A DNA stretch of 64,000 bases from Nostoc sp. DedSLP01 (lineage in GTDB: Bacteria; Cyanobacteriota; Cyanobacteriia; Cyanobacteriales; Nostocaceae). Of this stretch, positions 53,002 through 61,055 are shown in pieces. A program made the position numbers and the translations under genes. The stretch lies in assembly GCA_034530875.2 (NCBI GenBank), contig JAVRCJ020000010.1, positions 96,001 through 160,000 of the forward strand, given 5' to 3'. Position 1 is the stretch's first letter. Each line of letters opens with the position of its first letter. Under the pieces are notes generated by a model. It did not search any database. It was not told the origin of the DNA and saw only the letters and a program-made list of their open reading frames with translations.

Positions 53002-53061
53002 ACCTATTTACTCCCAGAATAAATGTATTTTTATACTCGAAAAGCTATATTTAGAACTAGT

Positions 53062-54480
53062 CTATGCTCTCGAAGAAACTGGAGAGTCTTCTTTGTTCCC
53101 TGCTCCCCATTCCCTCTGCTCTTCTGCCTCTTTTTGACGCCGACCGTGCATAAACATCTTCACACCACTCTTGGCGTAACATTGATCGTTAGAATGCTTT
53201 TGTCGTTCTGGTCGCTTGTTAACCAGTTCTAATTTATAGTTTGAAAGAACTGTTGCTAACACAAGCTTCATTTGAAAGATAGAAAAAGACCCTGCAATAC
53301 AACTACGAGCGCCGCCACCAAAGGGGATAAATTCATAAGGAGAGAATTTTTTTTCTAGAAAGCGCTCTGGCTTAAATTGTTTCGGCTCTGGGTACACATC
53401 TTCACGTTGATGTGTTGAGTAAATATTGGTAAACAGTACTGTACCAGGAATTAACTCATATCCCATAAGTTCCACTGGTGACACTACTACTCTTGCTAGC
53501 GAGAACATTGAACTTGGGTAAATTCGTAAAGTTTCGTGGCAAACAGCATTAAGATAGGGCAATGCCACAATCTTCATCGGATCTGGGTTTTTACCAAGGC
53601 TATCGAGTTCCTCAAGCAATTGCTCGCGAACATCTGTTAAATAATGAACCCAATATAATAACCAGGTAAGCGAATCTGTTGCACCATTATTACTTGCTGA
53701 TATAGGCAAAAATAGGAGATCGCGCACTTCTTCATCGCTTAATGGTTTACCTGTTTCATCACTAGCAAATATCAGGTCGGAGAGCATATCAATCCGTGAA
53801 GGATCTGCTTGCTTGCGGCGTTGTTTCACTTCATCGTATAAAAATTGAAAAATTTCTTTCAGCAGATACTTATGGTATCCCCACGGACTTAGACGACCTA
53901 AATCCACTTGTGTAAAAGGCAATTTTTTTAATATCTCAAACAGAGCAGATTTTTCATATTTCATGCAAGAGCTATATAGACGTTTTATTTTTTCGTAGCG
54001 CTCTCCTTCTTGTAATCCAATCACAACCTCTATAGCTACTTGCAAGGTGATTTTTGATAACACTTCATTGGCAATGAAAGTTTTTGCTATCGCCTGTTGA
54101 CTAATAATTTTTTCTGTGATTTCACAAATACTTTTTCCAGTAGCGTTCATTCGCTCTCCGTGGTAAGCCTTCATCAAGAGAGGACGACGATGTTTGTGAA
54201 CTAAACCATCAATATGAAGGATTCCTTGCTGTCCTATCTGTCCGACTGTAATGGGGGAATCTCCTGGAGGAACAGTAGAAATTGTAATTTCTTTAGTATT
54301 AGTTAAATACTGCTTTATTGCTGAGGGATTGCTAACATAAACTATCGGTCTCGAACCAGACATTATAGTTACAATATCGCCATAGCGTTTGTAAATAGCA
54401 TCTAAACAGCCAAGCGGATTATTATCGAGCTGCTGACGTAGCAGCCATAAAGGTGTTTTCGGCCCTGGTGGTAGTGTCAT
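53062..54480 (-). CDS. Cytochrome P450 (CYP110-like, divergent I-helix)
   Basis: ETLR, PERF, FGGGARSCIA heme Cys. Confidence 0.93.
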   Translation of the reverse strand: MTLPPGPKTPLWLLRQQLDNNPLGCLDAIYKRYGDIVTIMSGSRPIVYVSNPSAIKQYLTNTKEITISTVPPGDSPITVGQIGQQGILHIDGLVHKHRRPLLMKAYHGERMNATGKSICEITEKIISQQAIAKTFIANEVLSKITLQVAIEVVIGLQEGERYEKIKRLYSSCMKYEKSALFEILKKLPFTQVDLGRLSPWGYHKYLLKEIFQFLYDEVKQRRKQADPSRIDMLSDLIFASDETGKPLSDEEVRDLLFLPISASNNGATDSLTWLLYWVHYLTDVREQLLEELDSLGKNPDPMKIVALPYLNAVCHETLRIYPSSMFSLARVVVSPVELMGYELIPGTVLFTNIYSTHQREDVYPEPKQFKPERFLEKKFSPYEFIPFGGGARSCIAGSFSIFQMKLVLATVLSNYKLELVNKRPERQKHSNDQCYAKSGVKMFMHGRRQKEAEEQREWGAGNKEDSPVSSRA

Positions 54481-54631
54481 AAATCTTGTTTATTTCTATG
54501 ATTTTTCAGAAGTCAAAATTGAAAAGTAAAACAGGTTTTAGTCACGGTTTTTAAATTTATCATGTGTAATTGAGGAAGTTGAAATCGACTGTATATATCA
54601 ATAGAATAAACTGAAAACTAAAATCCAAAAG

Positions 54632-56014
54632 CTAAACTAAACCAGCAGCTAATGGTTGCAACTTTCCTCGGTCTTGTCGGCGACTACGCATCACCATTTT
54701 CACGCCGCTTGCAGGAGAACAAATCAAACCGGCAAATTTGGGACGTTCTGGCCGCTGACTAACTAGCTCTAATTGATAGCGTGAAAGAATCGTTGCTAAT
54801 ATAAGTTTCATTTCAAATAAAGCAAAATTTGCACCAATGCACACGCGAGAACCGCCACCAAATGGCAGAAATTCGTAAGGAGAAAATTGTTTTTCTAAAA
54901 AGCGTTCTGGCTGAAATTCTTTTGGATTTGGATACAAATCATCTCGCTGATGGGTTGAATAAATATTGCCAATAACTATTGTTCCGGGATGTAGTTCGTA
55001 CCCCATTATTTGAATGGGAGATTCTACTAATCTGGGAAATGTAAATAATTGAGTTGGATAAACCCGTAAAACTTCATTACATACAGCATTTAAATACGGT
55101 AGTGTAACAATACTCATTGGATCTGGATTTTCACCCAGACTATCAATTTCTTTGAGTAATTTTTCTCTAACATCTTTTAAACGATGAATCCAATACAAAG
55201 CCCAACTAATAGCAGTTCCAGAAGCATCACCAGATGCAAATATAGGTGATATTAAAAGGTCGCGTACTTCTTCATTACTTAATGCTTGACCTGCTTCATC
55301 ACGAGCCAATAACAAATCGCTAAGTATATCGGTATGTGAAAAATTTGGTTGCTGGCGACGTTCTTCAACCTCAGTCAATAATAATTGAAAAAGTTCTCCC
55401 CGCAGGTGCAGGAAATATCCTTGTGGACTCCAGCTCCCTAAATCTTTTTCTCCAAAAAGATTGCTAATAATTTTAAGTATAAGAGATTGGCGATCGCGTT
55501 TAAGCAAAGATGCAAATAAATCTTTAATTTTATTGTAACGCTCTCCTTCTGCCAAACCTATTACACGCTCTATACCCACTTTAAAAGTAATATCTTCAAT
55601 AACCGGGTATGCAACAAAAGGCTTGCCAATTAGTTGTTTACTCATCATCTTTTCTGTGAGTTCGCAGATACCTTGTCCGCAAGCTTGCATCCGCGCTCCA
55701 TGAAAAGCTTGCATTAAAAGTTTACGCCGATTTTTGTGAATTAAACCATCAAGTTGCAGAACTCCTTGGTTTCCTGTAATAAAAGCAAAGTCTTCGTTTA
55801 ATGCACCCCTAGCTATAATTTCTTTAGTATTTGTGAAAATTTCTTTTATGCCTAAAGGATTGCTAATATAAACAATTGGTGTATAACCAGACATGATAGT
55901 GACGATATCACCATAACGCTTGTCAATAGCATCCAAATAGCTAAAAGGATTAGACTCAAATTGTAGACCTAACAGCCAAAATGGTGTTTTTGGCCCTGGG
56001 GGTAGTTTTATCAT
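54632..56014 (-). CDS. Cytochrome P450 (CYP110-like)
   Basis: EVLR, PERF, FGGGSRVCIG heme Cys. Confidence 0.95.
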   Translation of the reverse strand: MIKLPPGPKTPFWLLGLQFESNPFSYLDAIDKRYGDIVTIMSGYTPIVYISNPLGIKEIFTNTKEIIARGALNEDFAFITGNQGVLQLDGLIHKNRRKLLMQAFHGARMQACGQGICELTEKMMSKQLIGKPFVAYPVIEDITFKVGIERVIGLAEGERYNKIKDLFASLLKRDRQSLILKIISNLFGEKDLGSWSPQGYFLHLRGELFQLLLTEVEERRQQPNFSHTDILSDLLLARDEAGQALSNEEVRDLLISPIFASGDASGTAISWALYWIHRLKDVREKLLKEIDSLGENPDPMSIVTLPYLNAVCNEVLRVYPTQLFTFPRLVESPIQIMGYELHPGTIVIGNIYSTHQRDDLYPNPKEFQPERFLEKQFSPYEFLPFGGGSRVCIGANFALFEMKLILATILSRYQLELVSQRPERPKFAGLICSPASGVKMVMRSRRQDRGKLQPLAAGLV

Positions 56015-59000
56015 TTTCTTTTACTCCCATTATTTAGATTGCACGCAACATTATCAATACAAACTCTCAAAGTTTTAGCTAATTCTTGAATATGAGGTTC
56101 CACAAAAATTGAGAAATGATCTCCAGGAACTTCGATAACTTTAATAGGTTGACTAGAATATTTACCCCAACCTAATAAGAGGTCATCAGTATGAAATTCT
56201 GAGCTTTCAAAATCATGAATAATCTCTTCTTTAGCTCGAAATAAAGTCATGGAATGAGGATAAACGAGTGGGAAATAATCTCGCATTGCTTGGACATGAA
56301 CTTTGAAGAGTTTGTAATAACGGATAAAATCTTTAATTTCTGTATCAGTAAAGATGAAATTTGCTTTTTGATTAATCAAAGCAAGTTGTTCGTTGAGTGA
56401 TAAATCTCGCAGTTCTTCAAAAGAAACTGAAAAATCTATATTACTATCGGTTTTGATTGATTCAGCCATACGGAGTAAAAATTTAGCATCATCATCTTTT
56501 GTAGATTCGATGCGTGTTTCTGAAAGTATGGCATCAATTACAACTAACAAATCTACTCTTTCACCCTGTCTTTGTAATTGCTGCGCCATTTCAAAAGCAA
56601 GTACGCCACCGTAACAATGACCGCCTAAAAGATAAGGGCCGTTTGGCTGTATTTTACGAATTTCTTGCAGGTAGTAACTTGCAGTTTCTTCTACTGAAGT
56701 AATTTCAGGTTCCTCTGTATCGGGGTTATGTTCCAAAGCGTAAAATGGATAATCTTCACCAAGCCTTCGAGATAAATTAATATAGTGATTAATGCCTCCA
56801 CCAGCGCCATGTATACAAAAGAAAGGTAGCTTGTAATCAGAAGAGTTAATTGCTACTACAGGAGAATTAGAACTCTCGCGGAATGGCTGACTAACAATTG
56901 CAGCTAATTTTTCAATTGTGGGATTTTCAAAAAGAGTAGATAAGCTCAGGTTATGGCCAAATCTGTCTTGAATTTGAGCCATTAACCGTACAGCTAAAAA
57001 TGAGTGACCGCCCAAGTTAAAGAAGTTATCTGTTACTCCAATAGGACTAGTATTTAGGAGATTTTCCCAAAGTTTTACTAATGATAACTCTGTAAAATTC
57101 CGGGGAGCAATTAAAGTTTTAGTAGTATTTGCTTTGGTAACTTCATCTATAGGAAGAGAACGCTTATCTACTTTGCCGTTAGGTGTAAGTGGTAGTGCAC
57201 CTAAGACCACAAAGGCAGAGGGGAGCATATAATTAGGCAATTTTTGTTGCAAATATGGCAACAATTGTGTGGTTATGTCCTGTTTGTCTGTGACAATATA
57301 TGCAATTAAACGTTGATTTTCTTCAGCATCACTAACCGCAATTACAACAGAATCTCGCACGTCTGTATGTTGTGTAATAACACTAGCGATTTCACCTAAT
57401 TCTACTCGAAAGCCTCTAATTTTTACTTGTTCGTCATAACGACCCAAGTATTCGAGATTCCCATCAGATAGGTAACGCGCTAAATCGCCTGTTTTGTAAA
57501 GCTTTGTTCCCGAAATAAATGGGTTATTAATAAATCTTTCTTGGGTTAATTCCGGACGATGTAAATATCCCCTCGCTAAACCATCACCACCAATATAAAG
57601 TTCGCCTACAACTCCTAAAGGTGTTGGCTGTAAATTGCGATTTAACACATAAGCTTGAGTATTATCGATAGGACGACCGATAGGGACGGTGTTTGCTTGG
57701 TCTTGTAATAAACTGGTGTCGTAGTAAGTGGCGTTAGCAGAAACTTCCGACGAACCGTAAAGGTTGATTAGTTTCGCAAATGGCATGACTTCTCGGAAAG
57801 TTTTAGCTAAGTTAATAGATAGTGCTTCGCCGCTAGTTATCCAGAGTTTTAGTTGTGATAATTTCTCGATTTGATAATGATAATTATCTAAAAGTAAACG
57901 TAGTAATGAAGGTACAACTATAATCCGAGTAACTTGGTAATGCGCTAAAGCCTCTATAAATAACTGCGGGTCTAGTAGAGTTACATTGCTAATAATTACT
58001 GTAGGAATTCCCTGAAGTAAAGGAGCAAAAATTTCCCAAACAGAATCTACGAAACTAATTGCTGTTTTCTGACAACAAACTTCTTCTGAGGTGAAAGGAT
58101 AAGTTTTCCATAGCCAGTGTAAGCCATTTACTGTTCCGCGATGAGTGCCAAGAACACCTTTTGGCTTTCCAGTTGAGCCAGAAGTGTATATGATATAAGC
58201 GAGATGTTCGGGTTTAGAAATATTGATGGGGTTTTCTAGACTTTGTTGAGCAATTTCGTCTTTGTGGATATCAAGGCAAACAATTTTAGGCGAAGATAAT
58301 GATAGTTTCTCTAATATTTCTTGATTGCTAATTAATATCGATGCTTGAGAATCCGAGAGCATAAAATTTAAACGCTCAACTGGATAACTTGGATCTAGAG
58401 GAATGTATGCACCGCCAGCTTTGAGAATAGCTAAAATTGCCACTACCATGTCTATTGAGCGTTCTAGACATATAGCAACTAAAGTTTCTTTGGTTACACC
58501 CTGCTTTTGTAAATAATTTACCAGCTGATTAACTTGATAATTAAGTTGACAATAAGTTATTTGTTCAGACTGATGAATTAACGCTATAGAATTAGGTGTT
58601 AGTTCAACTTGTTGTTCAAATAGTTGGTTGAGAGATAAATCTTTATATTCTGTACTAGTTTGATTGAATTTAAATAATAATTGTTCTTGCTCAGTATTCG
58701 TTAGTAATGATAACTCACAGACACACTGCTCTGGATTTTCAACGATGTTTTCTAATAAAGTTTGGTAGTTATTTATAAATTGATTAATAGTTGTTGCATT
58801 AAAAATATCTGTATTGTATTCCAAACAACCTGTTAATCCCTCTTGGGATTCAAACATCGACAGGAAAATATCTAGTTGAGATGTACCGCTATCAAAGTCT
58901 AAAGTACGTAAAGTTAATCCAGATACTTCTTGCACGTTTGTTGGAGTATTTTGCAGAACGAACATGACTTCATAAAGTGGATTTCGGCTTAAGTCACGTT

Positions 59001-60120
59001 CGGGCTGCAATTCTTCTACAAGCATCTCAAAAGGCAAGTCTTGATGTGCATAAGCATCGAGAGTTACCTGACGGACTTGGTGTAGAAGTTCGCGGAAGGT
59101 GGGATTACCACTGAGGTTATTACACAATACTAAAGTATTAACAAATAAACCCAACATTCCTTCTAATTCGGCTCGGTTGCGGTTGGCAATTGGAGAGCCA
59201 ATTATGATATCTTCTTGGTCTGTATAGCGATATAATAATATATTAAAAGCTGCCAGCAAGGTCATAAATAATGTGGCATCTTCTCGCTGGCTTAATTGTT
59301 TCACCGCATTAGTTAAGGTTGTGGAGAATGTGAAATATTGCTTGGCACCTGCAAAAGTTGTGATGCTAGGTCGCGGACGGTCTGTGGGTAGTTGGAGTGT
59401 AGGAAGTTCGCCGCTTAGTTGTTGCTTCCAGTATTTTAACTTGGTGGCGAGGAATTCTCCTTGAATGCGATCGCGCTGCCAAATTGCGAAATCTGCATAC
59501 TGAATTGGCAATTCGGGTAAGGGAGAAGGTTGATTTCTGGAAAAAGCTGTATATAGCGTTGACAACTCGCGCAAAAACACGCCACAAGACCATCCATCGG
59601 TGATAATGTGATGCATGGTCACAAGCAAAACGTGTTCTTGTTCATTTAAGCGTAATAAAATTGCTCTTACTAAAAGTCCTTTAGTTAAATTAAAGGGTTT
59701 TGTTGCTTCTTTGGCTACAATTTGTTTAACCTCAGATTCCCAATCCCGATCTGATAAATATTCTAGATTAATAATGGGAAAATCCCAAGTGAAATCAAAT
59801 GCAATTTCTTGCACTGGTTGTCCATTTACAAGTCTAAATGTTGTGCGCCAAATTTCGTGACGTTTGAGGATTTCATTTAGGCTTTGGTGAAGTGCGGTAA
59901 TATTTAATTTTCCTTTTATATGAAAAGCGATGGGAATATTGTAGAAGGAACTTCCGTGGTAAAGTTGGTCAATAAACCATAGTCTTTGTTGGGAGAATGA
60001 TAAAGGAATGTTGTGAGATGTTTGCCGTTTGGGAATAGTATCAGCTTGGAATTTGCCTCCTTTCCATTTTTCTAAGAGGGCTTTTTTGGCTGGGGATAAA
60101 TTAGTGTTATTTTTATTCAT
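56011..60120 (-). CDS. Terminal NRPS module C-A-T-TE
   Basis: HHIITDGWS; YTSGSTGKPKG, TGD, NGKVD; GGHSF (PCP); TE GHCYG...GDH. Confidence 0.97.
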   Translation of the reverse strand: MNKNNTNLSPAKKALLEKWKGGKFQADTIPKRQTSHNIPLSFSQQRLWFIDQLYHGSSFYNIPIAFHIKGKLNITALHQSLNEILKRHEIWRTTFRLVNGQPVQEIAFDFTWDFPIINLEYLSDRDWESEVKQIVAKEATKPFNLTKGLLVRAILLRLNEQEHVLLVTMHHIITDGWSCGVFLRELSTLYTAFSRNQPSPLPELPIQYADFAIWQRDRIQGEFLATKLKYWKQQLSGELPTLQLPTDRPRPSITTFAGAKQYFTFSTTLTNAVKQLSQREDATLFMTLLAAFNILLYRYTDQEDIIIGSPIANRNRAELEGMLGLFVNTLVLCNNLSGNPTFRELLHQVRQVTLDAYAHQDLPFEMLVEELQPERDLSRNPLYEVMFVLQNTPTNVQEVSGLTLRTLDFDSGTSQLDIFLSMFESQEGLTGCLEYNTDIFNATTINQFINNYQTLLENIVENPEQCVCELSLLTNTEQEQLLFKFNQTSTEYKDLSLNQLFEQQVELTPNSIALIHQSEQITYCQLNYQVNQLVNYLQKQGVTKETLVAICLERSIDMVVAILAILKAGGAYIPLDPSYPVERLNFMLSDSQASILISNQEILEKLSLSSPKIVCLDIHKDEIAQQSLENPINISKPEHLAYIIYTSGSTGKPKGVLGTHRGTVNGLHWLWKTYPFTSEEVCCQKTAISFVDSVWEIFAPLLQGIPTVIISNVTLLDPQLFIEALAHYQVTRIIVVPSLLRLLLDNYHYQIEKLSQLKLWITSGEALSINLAKTFREVMPFAKLINLYGSSEVSANATYYDTSLLQDQANTVPIGRPIDNTQAYVLNRNLQPTPLGVVGELYIGGDGLARGYLHRPELTQERFINNPFISGTKLYKTGDLARYLSDGNLEYLGRYDEQVKIRGFRVELGEIASVITQHTDVRDSVVIAVSDAEENQRLIAYIVTDKQDITTQLLPYLQQKLPNYMLPSAFVVLGALPLTPNGKVDKRSLPIDEVTKANTTKTLIAPRNFTELSLVKLWENLLNTSPIGVTDNFFNLGGHSFLAVRLMAQIQDRFGHNLSLSTLFENPTIEKLAAIVSQPFRESSNSPVVAINSSDYKLPFFCIHGAGGGINHYINLSRRLGEDYPFYALEHNPDTEEPEITSVEETASYYLQEIRKIQPNGPYLLGGHCYGGVLAFEMAQQLQRQGERVDLLVVIDAILSETRIESTKDDDAKFLLRMAESIKTDSNIDFSVSFEELRDLSLNEQLALINQKANFIFTDTEIKDFIRYYKLFKVHVQAMRDYFPLVYPHSMTLFRAKEEIIHDFESSEFHTDDLLLGWGKYSSQPIKVIEVPGDHFSIFVEPHIQELAKTLRVCIDNVACNLNNGSKRK

Positions 60121-60220
60121 TGATAGTATTTAATGAGAAGTTAAAGATATTTTGCACGCAGAGACGCGGAGGCGCAGAGAGGAGGGAGAGGAAAGATTTT
60201 CTTTTCCCACTCCTTACTCC

Positions 60221-60994
60221 CTACTCCCCACTCCCTACATTTAGAGAGGCTTTTTGACAAACAAAGCAAGCTATGTCTTCGCTTTCTCCAAAGTCTCTGG
60301 TGTTATAGTAATTAAATTGGTTGAAGCCGGCATCTTTTAAAGCTGATTCAACTTCTGCTAAAAAGTGATCTTTTCTTAACCAAACGGTGTCCGAACGCTG
60401 CCAGTTTTTATCTATTAGTTCAAATCCTGTGACTTTAATTTCCCAAAGCCTGTCTTCGGGTTTGTAGTAGAATAACTCTATTAATGAACCGCGATCGCTA
60501 ATATTGACAATATTAAAATTGTTGTTCTGAGCAGCTTCATGTAGCCAGTCTGTTATAGGGATATTGAACACAAATACACCGCCATCCTTAAGTGCGGTAT
60601 ATACGTTTTTGAATGCTGCTTTCAAATCTTCTTTGTTATGAATGAAATGAAAAACATCATTGGCTAAAGCAGCATCAAAGATAGGTGGTAAATGAAACTG
60701 ACGTATATCGCTAAGGATAAATTCACTTTCAGGCGCGTTTTTTCTAGCGTAGTTTAGCATACCTTCAGAAGCATCTATTCCAGTAACTTTATATTTTCTG
60801 ATGTTAAGCTGTTGCGCTAAATATCCCGAACCGCAACCAAGTTCAAGAATATGGCTTTCTGGAAAAAGTTGTGATAACAATATTTGGTCTAAAGCAGGTA
60901 ATATACCTTGTACTAAAACTTCAGGTGTATTCTTGAATTCGTTCTGTAATCTAGCGATGGGTTCATAGTTGGGCAAGGTATTTAGTAAAGACAT
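60221..60994 (-). CDS. Class I SAM-dependent methyltransferase
   Basis: ILELGCGSG, GIDAS..ML, LKDGGVFVF. Confidence 0.9.
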   Translation of the reverse strand: MSLLNTLPNYEPIARLQNEFKNTPEVLVQGILPALDQILLSQLFPESHILELGCGSGYLAQQLNIRKYKVTGIDASEGMLNYARKNAPESEFILSDIRQFHLPPIFDAALANDVFHFIHNKEDLKAAFKNVYTALKDGGVFVFNIPITDWLHEAAQNNNFNIVNISDRGSLIELFYYKPEDRLWEIKVTGFELIDKNWQRSDTVWLRKDHFLAEVESALKDAGFNQFNYYNTRDFGESEDIACFVCQKASLNVGSGE

Positions 60995-61055
60995 AGACTA
61001 TTTTTCCTGTTGTTGGCTAAAGTTTTGAATGAAATACTTTATGCTTGAAACTTTA

